From a virus: DNA of 64,000 nucleotides. Below the pieces are notes generated by a model. That model did no database searches and was not told the origin of the DNA. It saw only the letters and a program-made list of their open reading frames with translations. The position numbers and the translations under genes are program-made. Positions 54,000 through 61,710 of this stretch are shown here, piece after piece. The DNA lies in IMG/VR virus record IMGVR_UViG_3300008267_000004, positions 64,001 through 128,000 of that record. One strand, given 5' to 3'. Position 1 is the stretch's first letter, and each line of letters begins with the position of its first letter.

Positions 54000-54266
54000 T
54001 TAGTACGGGTTCTCGCAAAGAATCTCAGTATTATCTACTTGCTCTGTCTTACCGCAACTGCCACACTCCCAATTTTCAAAAATTGTGAGATCATAGAGAT
54101 CATCGTTCCACTCATGAACTTCCTCACGATTAACGAGATACATATTATCGCGGCAATTACACTCCATTTCAGACCTCCTCGTAGATGCTTGTATCAACAC
54201 ACTTGTCAATGTCTCTTGCGCCACGACGCAGATAATCTTTTCCGCCGTCAACGAATAGATTTTCAC
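54000..54266 (-). CDS. Small Cys-containing protein (likely start MECNC)
   Basis: WECGSCG. Confidence 0.45.
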   Translation of the reverse strand: MKIYSLTAEKIICVVAQETLTSVLIQASTRRSEMECNCRDNMYLVNREEVHEWNDDLYDLTIFENWECGSCGKTEQVDNTEILCENPY

Positions 54267-54366
54267 ACTTGCACATCACAAAATCGTGACGATGCTTGCT
54301 CTCAATCTCTTCTCCACAAAGCATACACTTTGCACTATTACGCTTGATCTTCTGCTCATTAGACAT
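54169..54366 (-). CDS. Conserved phage zinc-binding protein
   Basis: NSAKCMLCGEEIES.HRHDF..CKC....VDGG..YLRR. Confidence 0.7.
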   Translation of the reverse strand: MSNEQKIKRNSAKCMLCGEEIESKHRHDFVMCKCENLFVDGGKDYLRRGARDIDKCVDTSIYEEV

Positions 54367-54595
54367 TTGTGTTCTTTTCCTTTCCGTCTGAATGGTAAAC
54401 GCTCATAAGGTATCTAACGATCCTTGGACGAATTTCTTTATGAACACGAATTGCATTATTTACATTTGCAATACCAACCTTTCTCCAGCACTCGTACATA
54501 TCTTTATCATTGAGAGTGTTAATATGATCAATTACCATCTTATATGTTTCATCTGTAAAATCAGCAACAAGTACGCTATTATCCATTTTGATCAC
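54359..54595 (-). CDS. Hypothetical protein
   Basis: ORF behind a promoter. Confidence 0.55.
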   Translation of the reverse strand: MIKMDNSVLVADFTDETYKMVIDHINTLNDKDMYECWRKVGIANVNNAIRVHKEIRPRIVRYLMSVYHSDGKEKNTNV

Positions 54596-54617
54596 CTTTT
54601 CTCAAAAGTACCCCGTC

Positions 54618-54646
54618 AGTATACCACGGACAGCTTGTGAAGTCAA
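54618..54646 (-). promoter_or_regulatory. sigma70 promoter
   Basis: TTGACT-17 bp-TGG-TATACT. Confidence 0.8.
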
Positions 54647-54679
54647 CCCACAAAAATACTACAGCGTGATAGTAAAACA

Positions 54680-54961
54680 TCAGTACGACAAAACAACAAT
54701 CTTACCAGATTCAATTTCACCATCGAGGTGAGATAATCTTGAAAACTTCAGTTCACTCATTGGTAAATCTGTTTCTGTTTTGATACACCTAAGATGTACC
54801 ATCTTTGTACCATTTGAAAGAGTCAAAGGATAACAAATCTCAAATACAGCGGAGTTTTGCCAAACACCAGTTATCAGGCTACCAATTCGCCACTTCTTCA
54901 TATTGCTCCAAAAACATTTGCGGCGGCTGGTAGCCACAAAAAGACTACCAACCGCACGCAA
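54680..54961 (-). CDS. Hypothetical protein (likely start MKKWRIG)
   Basis: WRIGSLI, SH3-like start. Confidence 0.45.
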   Translation of the reverse strand: MRAVGSLFVATSRRKCFWSNMKKWRIGSLITGVWQNSAVFEICYPLTLSNGTKMVHLRCIKTETDLPMSELKFSRLSHLDGEIESGKIVVLSY

Positions 54962-54966
54962 ATATT

Positions 54967-56136
54967 TTAGTCAACGCTGATAACCCGTTCAGTCGTGCTG
55001 AAATACGGATTATTAGCACCAGCATCATCGGTCATCCACATTCGCTGACACTTGGAAGGTCCGGGCTTCGGTGCCTCCATGTCAGTTAGGATGATATGAC
55101 CATCAAAGTTATGCTCGTTAACATACTTTGTAGGTGCATCAAAGTTAGTACCACCGCAAAGCACACGCTCAACCTTGCGATTTTGACCCTTCTTCCAGAC
55201 ATAGATCTTATCTGGTGCAACATCAAAGTCGAACGGAATAACCGTGAACGACGCAAGATCAGAAAGTTCGTTAAGTTCAGTAAAGAACTTGGTCAGTAGT
55301 TCATCACTAACCGAACCAGACTGGTCGATTGAAATAGCGATGTTTGCATGACGACGAACCTTCTTGCCGGGATGAATCATCGGATAACGCTTGTTGAGGC
55401 GCTTAACCGTTGAATTCTTGTCGGAACGGCGAGAGGTCTTAATGAAGTAACGGAGAACGGCACGCCAATTAACCTTGCCCTTGATCCGCTTCATAATATC
55501 CTTACGCATATCTTCAGATACCGTACCCCAACTACTTCCACGCTTTGCAGTATCTTCAGCAGCTTGCTTCATCATTTCCTTTAGACGCTGCTTTGCAATC
55601 TCCTTAATTTCATCAGGCAAAGGACTGCCTTCACCATCCCAACCAGAATGATCATCCATCTCGTTGCCATCATCATTATCTTCCTCGTTTAGGCGAGCAA
55701 AATAATACTCGGCAACTTGCTTGCTAGGATACTTCTCAAACGGTCCCTCACCAGGAATACAACCCTTTTCAGGCAACATATCGCGGGGAATGTGAGAATT
55801 AATTGCAAGATCTGCAGCAACATTCCAACGTCGAAAAAGCTCCTTGTCTTCGGGCTTACGAGTTGTAACGTGTTCCAGAAGCAGATGATAGAACTCATGC
55901 ATCAGAACACCCTTTTGCTGTTGCTCGGTCAACTCACTAAAAAAGTTGTTATTATATACCATCTCATAACGACCTTCTTCTGTTACGCGAACACCAGCAG
56001 TAGGACATGATTTATCTTCACGCTTGTCAACGTGTCGAGACAAAGCGGCAAAGAAAGGCTCCTCCTTGAGCAAATGATAGAGCATGATATTAAGATCAAA
56101 TGCAGGCTTCTGAATAACAGTATTTTCTTCTGACAT
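54967..56136 (-). CDS. DUF2201-type metallopeptidase plus vWA domain protein
   Basis: LMHEFYHL (HExxH), WNVAADLAIN, IDQSGS (MIDAS), GGTNF, ILTD. Confidence 0.85.
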   Translation of the reverse strand: MSEENTVIQKPAFDLNIMLYHLLKEEPFFAALSRHVDKREDKSCPTAGVRVTEEGRYEMVYNNNFFSELTEQQQKGVLMHEFYHLLLEHVTTRKPEDKELFRRWNVAADLAINSHIPRDMLPEKGCIPGEGPFEKYPSKQVAEYYFARLNEEDNDDGNEMDDHSGWDGEGSPLPDEIKEIAKQRLKEMMKQAAEDTAKRGSSWGTVSEDMRKDIMKRIKGKVNWRAVLRYFIKTSRRSDKNSTVKRLNKRYPMIHPGKKVRRHANIAISIDQSGSVSDELLTKFFTELNELSDLASFTVIPFDFDVAPDKIYVWKKGQNRKVERVLCGGTNFDAPTKYVNEHNFDGHIILTDMEAPKPGPSKCQRMWMTDDAGANNPYFSTTERVISVD

Positions 56137-56213
56137 TTCTACCTCACGGTTTTTTGTTTGTCCATATATAGGAAAGGGCAACTGGCGAAAACCAGTTGCC
56201 CAATCCAACCTAA

Positions 56214-57290
56214 TTACTTCTTCTCAGGAGCCTTCTCTGCATTACCACCAGTCATGATTTCAACAATGTGGTTGCCAAGAGCGTTATGCAGGTTAACGGC
56301 GTTCTTAATGTTCTGCGGACCAACTGACTTCCACAGCTTCATAAGAGCCTCACCGGGCATACGGCGACCCCAATCAGCAAGATGCTTGATCGTCTTTGCA
56401 TCAAGCGGCTTCTTGAGAACTTCGCTTGCAATAACCTTGTCGATCATTGAAACGTGATCATTGATACCCCAAGTCTCCATAGCATCATGGCGACCATTCA
56501 TGATATCGTCAACAGTGACCTGCGATTCGTACTTCTCGGCAAAGTCGCGGAACTTAACCGCTGCCTCGAAACCAACGAACGCAGTAGCCAACTCAAACAC
56601 CGTACCGAGATTGTGCTTGAAGTCCTTAGAAGAACCCTCAAGCAGCTTACCAGTTGCAAGGCAATCGTTTAGACGGAACCACGAACGTCGTGAAGGAAAA
56701 ACCTTGTTAGGCTCATATTCACCCTTGAACTCAAGGTGAGCGCGATCCTGGTTGATAAAGTCCCAAACGATAGGGAGAACCTTACCCTTAGCATGATCAA
56801 GCCAATCCTCGATAGAAGGCTCAACGTCGAACACCGTCCAACGATCCAACTCAGCAGGGTCCATCTCGCCAACCTGATACTGTGAACCATGCTCACCACC
56901 GTTAACGGCAGCAAAGATCAAAGTATTGCGGTGCAGATGCCAACCGTTCAGCTTACGGGAGTCAGTCAGTTCGAAGATACCCTGACGGACTTCCTGCGTT
57001 GCACGATCAACCTCGTCCAGAAACAGGACAACGCCATTATCACAAGCCTCCTTGAGCCAATCCGGCGCGTTCCATCGCGTCGAATTACCCTCAATAGAAG
57101 GCAGACCCATAAGATCACCTTCGGTCATTTGAGAAGCACGACGCTCGACAACAGACATATTACGCATCAAAGCATACTGATAAACCAGTTCAGACTTACC
57201 AATACCGTGACGACCACGGAGCAGAACAGGCTTGCGAATATCCGTTACGAAAGGGACAACCTTGAGGAAGGACTTAAAATCAATAGCCAT
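56214..57290 (-). CDS. MoxR-like AAA+ ATPase
   Basis: GRHGIGKS, TEGDLMGLP, LFLDEVDRA, AAVN, MDPAELDRW, SRRSW. Confidence 0.88.
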   Translation of the reverse strand: MAIDFKSFLKVVPFVTDIRKPVLLRGRHGIGKSELVYQYALMRNMSVVERRASQMTEGDLMGLPSIEGNSTRWNAPDWLKEACDNGVVLFLDEVDRATQEVRQGIFELTDSRKLNGWHLHRNTLIFAAVNGGEHGSQYQVGEMDPAELDRWTVFDVEPSIEDWLDHAKGKVLPIVWDFINQDRAHLEFKGEYEPNKVFPSRRSWFRLNDCLATGKLLEGSSKDFKHNLGTVFELATAFVGFEAAVKFRDFAEKYESQVTVDDIMNGRHDAMETWGINDHVSMIDKVIASEVLKKPLDAKTIKHLADWGRRMPGEALMKLWKSVGPQNIKNAVNLHNALGNHIVEIMTGGNAEKAPEKK

Positions 57291-57365
57291 CTTGTATTAC
57301 CTTTTCCTTTTTTACTTACGTTAAAGAATCAATGGGAACCCATTTCCCACCGAAACAGAGCAGAC

Positions 57366-57421
57366 ATTATAGCACGCGGCATGGCGCGTGTCCAGCACAA
57401 AAAAACAGCAGCCATAGAGTA
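57366..57421 (-). promoter_or_regulatory. sigma70-like promoter with variant box (TACTCTATG)
   Basis: TGGACA-17 bp-TATAAT. Confidence 0.7.
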
Positions 57422-57459
57422 AAAAATCCGCCTGTTTTTCTCGCAACCGAACAGCGCCT

Positions 57460-57515
57460 ATATTACCACGGCCCGCTTGTGAAGTCCACAACAAAAAAAC
57501 AACACCGATAGAGTA
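57460..57515 (-). promoter_or_regulatory. sigma70-like promoter with TACTCTATC box
   Basis: TGGACT-17 bp-TAATAT; box at 57515-57507. Confidence 0.7.
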
Positions 57516-57517
57516 AA

Positions 57518-58105
57518 CTATCTGCGCGACTTACGTTTATTGCGCTTCGTATCTTCCAAGACTCGGGGAACACCATATGTGCCGTAACCCCAATCTTTTG
57601 GAAACTGACGATCAACTATTTCTGGGGCGATAGGAGAAAGAACCTTGCATCCCCAAGTCCCAGAAGTAGGCGGTGGAATCCACGAAATCATCACCCAGCG
57701 ATCATCTGCTGCTGTAATTGATTTACCACCAAATCCATACAAACTATCTTTTGACAGATCGTTGAAATTAATATCAACAATCTCATAGACATTATCTTCA
57801 CCACCATATTGCACAAGCGCACCAATACCAAGACCAGCTTGCTTCATATCTTCTTTAAATTTATATGCCCAGCTGCTGTTATCCTCGATCCAGTTTTCTC
57901 TTGCCGTTTTACGAATAGGGCAGGTTGAACGGGTGTGAGTGCGATCAACCTTAAACTCATAACGACGACAATAACTACATGAAGCAGAACGCTTACCTGA
58001 TGGAGAAAAGTTATTCTCCGTTCCAGTAGGAATAGTTTTACTAATATGTGGACACGTTTGCCTATTGTGTCCAGCTACTCGACAATATCCACAACGACGA
58101 TGCAT
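57518..58105 (-). CDS. Zinc-knuckle (CCHC) protein
   Basis: CGYCRVAGHNRQTC and CSYC...HTRSTC. Confidence 0.7.
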   Translation of the reverse strand: MHRRCGYCRVAGHNRQTCPHISKTIPTGTENNFSPSGKRSASCSYCRRYEFKVDRTHTRSTCPIRKTARENWIEDNSSWAYKFKEDMKQAGLGIGALVQYGGEDNVYEIVDINFNDLSKDSLYGFGGKSITAADDRWVMISWIPPPTSGTWGCKVLSPIAPEIVDRQFPKDWGYGTYGVPRVLEDTKRNKRKSRR

Positions 58106-58155
58106 ATCTACCTCAAATCAAAAATGGTGCTACTGTAGCGCCAAACAGATGCCCT

Positions 58156-58213
58156 AGAGTACCACGGGAGGGGTTGTGAAGTCAACCAACAAAAAAACAC
58201 TACAAATAGAGTA
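58156..58213 (-). promoter_or_regulatory. sigma70-like promoter with box (TACTCTATT)
   Basis: TTGACT-18 bp-TACTCT. Confidence 0.65.
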
Positions 58214-58373
58214 GCGGCGGCTGGTTTATTCTAATAGAATAAACGGCGGCTGGTTTGCGACTACACGCCCCGTCCGCGATATTACCATAGATCGGTGTGT
58301 GAAATCTAGCACACAAAAACACTACGGCTAGAGTAAAGATTTTATTTTTAATGTTTTTAATAATTTACGGCCC

Positions 58374-58403
58374 TTGACGCGGAACATTATTCTGTGATAT
58401 AAT
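58374..58403 (+). promoter_or_regulatory. Only clear plus-strand sigma70 promoter noticed
   Basis: TTGACG-18 bp-TATAAT with TG extension. Confidence 0.65.
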
Positions 58404-58535
58404 AACACATCTCGGTTGAATTCAGATTAGTCATTTAACTATTTTAGTTAGAATCTATTTGTTTTGATCTTGGAACTTCTTTACTCTACTGCTGTAGTTT
58501 GTTATCTAGCAGATGAATTAATCATCTCGATATAA

Positions 58536-59171
58536 CTACTGTTTTAGAACTCCGCTCTGTTCTGGAGCGTCGAGTAATTCCCCATCATAATTTGATTCCC
58601 AATTTTTCATATATTCTTCCAATTCGTCTATACTTAACATTTCACATTCTTTCGCTAGAATAAAATTTTCATCATACATTGTTAAAATTTTATACTGTGG
58701 TCTGTGATATTTAATTTTTACATTTGAGTTTGGATTATAATAATTTGGTTCCCACTTTAGATCTTCGAACTGAATTAATGCTGCATTATATTTTTGCTGC
58801 TCTTCAGCTGGTCGATATGTATCTAACTCATCAAATTTAGTATAACCTATAACATAGCCAATTTCACCAGAATTTACAAAATAAATTCTATCAGACCTAA
58901 GTTTGTTGTGTGGAAGGCATGGAGTAAAACTGTTTGTATTTATCCTATTAACTTGTAATACTTCTGTAAAAGTTAGATGCTTTTGAAGTTGCATTTGACT
59001 TTTTATATTTTGTTTAGACATGGACATCATACCATATAGAGCAATATCCATATAATTTGGAGTTCCGTTATAGACCCCCTCCCACACTGGTACTGGGGTA
59101 CTAGGATCTCTTTTTCTTGGATCTAACCAAAATCTAATTCCACCTTCAGGCTTTCTTGATGATAATCCCAT
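58536..59171 (-). CDS. Hypothetical protein
   Basis: Long ORF with SD. Confidence 0.65.
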   Translation of the reverse strand: MGLSSRKPEGGIRFWLDPRKRDPSTPVPVWEGVYNGTPNYMDIALYGMMSMSKQNIKSQMQLQKHLTFTEVLQVNRINTNSFTPCLPHNKLRSDRIYFVNSGEIGYVIGYTKFDELDTYRPAEEQQKYNAALIQFEDLKWEPNYYNPNSNVKIKYHRPQYKILTMYDENFILAKECEMLSIDELEEYMKNWESNYDGELLDAPEQSGVLKQ

Positions 59172-59183
59172 GGGACTCCTTTG

Positions 59184-59609
59184 TTAGATTTGCACAAGAC
59201 TATATAATCCAGTTTTTTCTTCATCTATTGAAACTTGATCAATTGTTTCATATAATTTAAACTCTGACTCACCCTCTGGTGCATTTATAAGATCACACAC
59301 ATATGTAATTTCTTGAAACTTTTTATTGTTTAATACTTCTTTGTCATGAATAACGCTATCAAGAAATACGAAAGCATAAGCTTGCTCTTTTGGAGTACGA
59401 GAATGATAGTCTACAAATTCTTCATGCACAACTACATACATTCTCCCTCTCTGCATTTCAGAGAGTTTATACATTCTCTCTCCTCTAAATTTCATTTGTT
59501 CCCTCGCAAACATATATTGGTTTATTTCTAAAATCTCCCATATATTCTTTCCCATCTTCATAGATCTCATATTTAATAGAGTTAGAATGTAGCATAAGCT
59601 CACCAACAA
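59184..59609 (-). CDS. Hypothetical protein (likely start MYKLSE)
   Basis: Tiled ORF. Confidence 0.5.
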   Translation of the reverse strand: MLVSLCYILTLLNMRSMKMGKNIWEILEINQYMFAREQMKFRGERMYKLSEMQRGRMYVVVHEEFVDYHSRTPKEQAYAFVFLDSVIHDKEVLNNKKFQEITYVCDLINAPEGESEFKLYETIDQVSIDEEKTGLYSLVQI

Positions 59610-59700
59610 ATTTAGCTTGATCTAGAGTACCATATATTTTCACTCTTTCAGCAAAATAGCCATCTCTTTTTCGGGAAGTTACTAGCCAGATTTTATTCAT
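59485..59700 (-). CDS. Hypothetical protein
   Basis: SD GGAGG. Confidence 0.55.
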   Translation of the reverse strand: MNKIWLVTSRKRDGYFAERVKIYGTLDQAKFVGELMLHSNSIKYEIYEDGKEYMGDFRNKPIYVCEGTNEI

Positions 59701-59712
59701 ATCGCCTCCAAT

Positions 59713-59745
59713 AAAAAGGGCAGCATATCTTTTGATATGCTGCCC
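59713..59745 (-). terminator. Intrinsic terminator
   Basis: 12-bp stem GGGCAGCATATC/GATATGCTGCCC with T5 on the minus strand. Confidence 0.8.
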
Positions 59746-59762
59746 ATAATTATATTCTATTT

Positions 59763-60098
59763 TTAACGAGCGCGGACTTCTAGTTCGCGGTCAAGGAACG
59801 CCTTGAATGCACGGGCTTCTGATAGTGTCATTACAAAACGACGAGAAGGGCCGTCCGCATCTGTTGGCTTCCAAAGAACTACATTGCTGTAGTCACCGTG
59901 TCGGGTGTCGCCACGACGAATACCCATACCAATGCGCTTTAGTTTGCGCTCGCTCTTGTAAACACCACCATCATATTCAGATGGATCAAAAACTTCAACC
60001 TGACGCTTTTGAGTACGTGTTGAAGTTGGGCGGCTTGAAGAGCGATCTGAAGAACGGTTGTTAGAACGGGTGTTGGTGTTAGTGTTGCGTACTGACAT
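59763..60098 (-). CDS. Basic protein with S/T/R/N-rich N-terminus; possible PC4/PUR-like ssDNA binder
   Basis: Start refined to MSVRNT; C-terminal strands then MTLSEARAFKAFLD helix. Confidence 0.55.
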   Translation of the reverse strand: MSVRNTNTNTRSNNRSSDRSSSRPTSTRTQKRQVEVFDPSEYDGGVYKSERKLKRIGMGIRRGDTRHGDYSNVVLWKPTDADGPSRRFVMTLSEARAFKAFLDRELEVRAR

Positions 60099-60102
60099 AT
60101 TA

Positions 60103-60438
60103 TCATCCTTTGCCTTTGGGGCGGTTAAAAACAGCTTTCTGCACAGCAGAAGCATGTTTGCATTTATTGCGGAAACGATATCCGCTACAATCACAAGTAA
60201 TTTTTTTATCATTCCATACCTCGACAATATATTTTGATTTTCCATTAGAAGATTTAACGGAATATTTTTGCATTGGTTTCGGTAATTCGGGTCTTTCATA
60301 AATTGCATAAAGATGCAAATTTTCACGGGTTGTACCGTTTGGAATCTCGACCCAATTTCCTCCAACGGCGTAAGTTTTACCTCCAGACACTAAAATAGCA
60401 GGAGGCTGATTCATTTTGGCGGGGTAGCTCTCAATCAT
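60103..60438 (-). CDS. SWIM zinc-finger protein
   Basis: ITCDCSGYRFRNKCKH. Confidence 0.7.
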   Translation of the reverse strand: MIESYPAKMNQPPAILVSGGKTYAVGGNWVEIPNGTTRENLHLYAIYERPELPKPMQKYSVKSSNGKSKYIVEVWNDKKITCDCSGYRFRNKCKHASAVQKAVFNRPKGKG

Positions 60439-60444
60439 AGAGAC

Positions 60445-60473
60445 ATAATACCACGCTAAAATAGCGCCGTCAA
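60445..60473 (-). promoter_or_regulatory. sigma70 promoter
   Basis: TTGACG-17 bp-TATTAT; spacer shares GCTATTTTAGCG with the tmRNA promoter. Confidence 0.7.
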
Positions 60474-60519
60474 GGGCAAAAAATACTGTCGATGTTTTTT
60501 TACTGAGAGTGGAAGGACA

Positions 60520-60792
60520 CTAATCGTCTAGGTCATCTTCAAACTCATCATCTATAAGAGCTTCTTCAAGTAAGTCTTCATCGTCTACTATATCATCATC
60601 TTTGCGATAATAATCTTTCTGTGCTTCATTCCAATAAAATTTATCTTCTTCGAACTCGGCTAGTAGATCTTCTATTTTTTCTTGCTCATCTTCATCCAAG
60701 AGATCCATCATATCTTCATATTTATCTCTTGCCTGTTCTACATCATATTTTCCTGACTCTAAACCTTTTTTTAAAATTTTAAATAATGACAT
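60520..60792 (-). CDS. Very acidic small protein
   Basis: About 37 of 90 residues are D/E (hand count). Confidence 0.65.
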   Translation of the reverse strand: MSLFKILKKGLESGKYDVEQARDKYEDMMDLLDEDEQEKIEDLLAEFEEDKFYWNEAQKDYYRKDDDIVDDEDLLEEALIDDEFEDDLDD

Positions 60793-60857
60793 ATATTATC
60801 GGCTCCTGCTGACTGTGTATTTATACCACGGAAAAATCGCGGGGTAAAGCACTTTTT

Positions 60858-61367
60858 TCACTCTCTATCTGGAAGTTTATTCGCAATAAATTCATAATGA
60901 GAGGAAAATTTATCAGTATATAGATCGATCTTTTTCTGTTCGTCATCCCACATCTCAATTTTTTTAATTGTTGGATGTTTTCTTAAAATTTTTCTTATTT
61001 CTTCTGTCTTAAAATCTCCTGTATCCATACCCATAGGATTCAATTTAACAAAATCAAAATTAAGACCTTTAAATTTTATCAGATCCCTAATTCTTTCATC
61101 AAAAACAGAATCTACTCTTCCAGTAAGCATGATACAAAATGTTTTTCTGTCAGATAATTCTTTTTTTGCGGCATCAACAGTGGAATCTATCCAAAATCCA
61201 TTACCTTTTAATGGTACAGAAGGAGGAGATAATGATATTAGTTCTCCCCACCAATTTCTTTTATAACCCTGCGGTTTATTTGGACTTCTAAATAAAGTTC
61301 CATCGAAATCAAATACCGATAATTTATTATAATATTCTCGTCTTTCCGTTAGGGTAATTTTAATCAT
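60858..61367 (-). CDS. HAD-superfamily phosphatase (RNA-repair 'Swiss army knife'-like HAD)
   Basis: FDFDGTLFRSP, MLTGR, MWDD. Confidence 0.8.
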   Translation of the reverse strand: MIKITLTERREYYNKLSVFDFDGTLFRSPNKPQGYKRNWWGELISLSPPSVPLKGNGFWIDSTVDAAKKELSDRKTFCIMLTGRVDSVFDERIRDLIKFKGLNFDFVKLNPMGMDTGDFKTEEIRKILRKHPTIKKIEMWDDEQKKIDLYTDKFSSHYEFIANKLPDRE

Positions 61368-61368
61368 T

Positions 61369-61701
61369 CTATCCTCTTGTTTTTTCGTATTCTAAATATT
61401 CTGCCACTGTCTCTATAGCTTCTGTAGCAACTGCAATTTTCTCTTGAACCCAAGGTTCTAAATCATCTTCATCATTTACTAACTTAGATAGCATTGAGGC
61501 GTGTTTCATTAAGTTATAAACATTACTTCTAGCCATACGACCATCTGAGTCGTAGCTTTCTTTATCGGAGTCTCCTAATTTTAGTTTTACTACACCACCT
61601 CCAGTGAATGGCATATCTCCACTTAACATTCCCATATCTGCCATACATTCTTGTATTTCTTCAGATATAATCTTTTTTAAAGATTCTTTGGTTATTTTCA
61701 T
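61369..61701 (-). CDS. Hypothetical protein with MKITKESLKKIISEE leader
   Basis: DLEPWVQEKIAVA motif. Confidence 0.65.
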   Translation of the reverse strand: MKITKESLKKIISEEIQECMADMGMLSGDMPFTGGGVVKLKLGDSDKESYDSDGRMARSNVYNLMKHASMLSKLVNDEDDLEPWVQEKIAVATEAIETVAEYLEYEKTRG

Positions 61702-61710
61702 ATTTTTTCC

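Noticed and set aside
25600-58330. Possible CRISPR array from recurring ~30-nt motifs
   Set aside because: The repeats are dispersed, degenerate and resolve into -35/-10 promoters; there is no regular repeat-spacer periodicity and no cas gene
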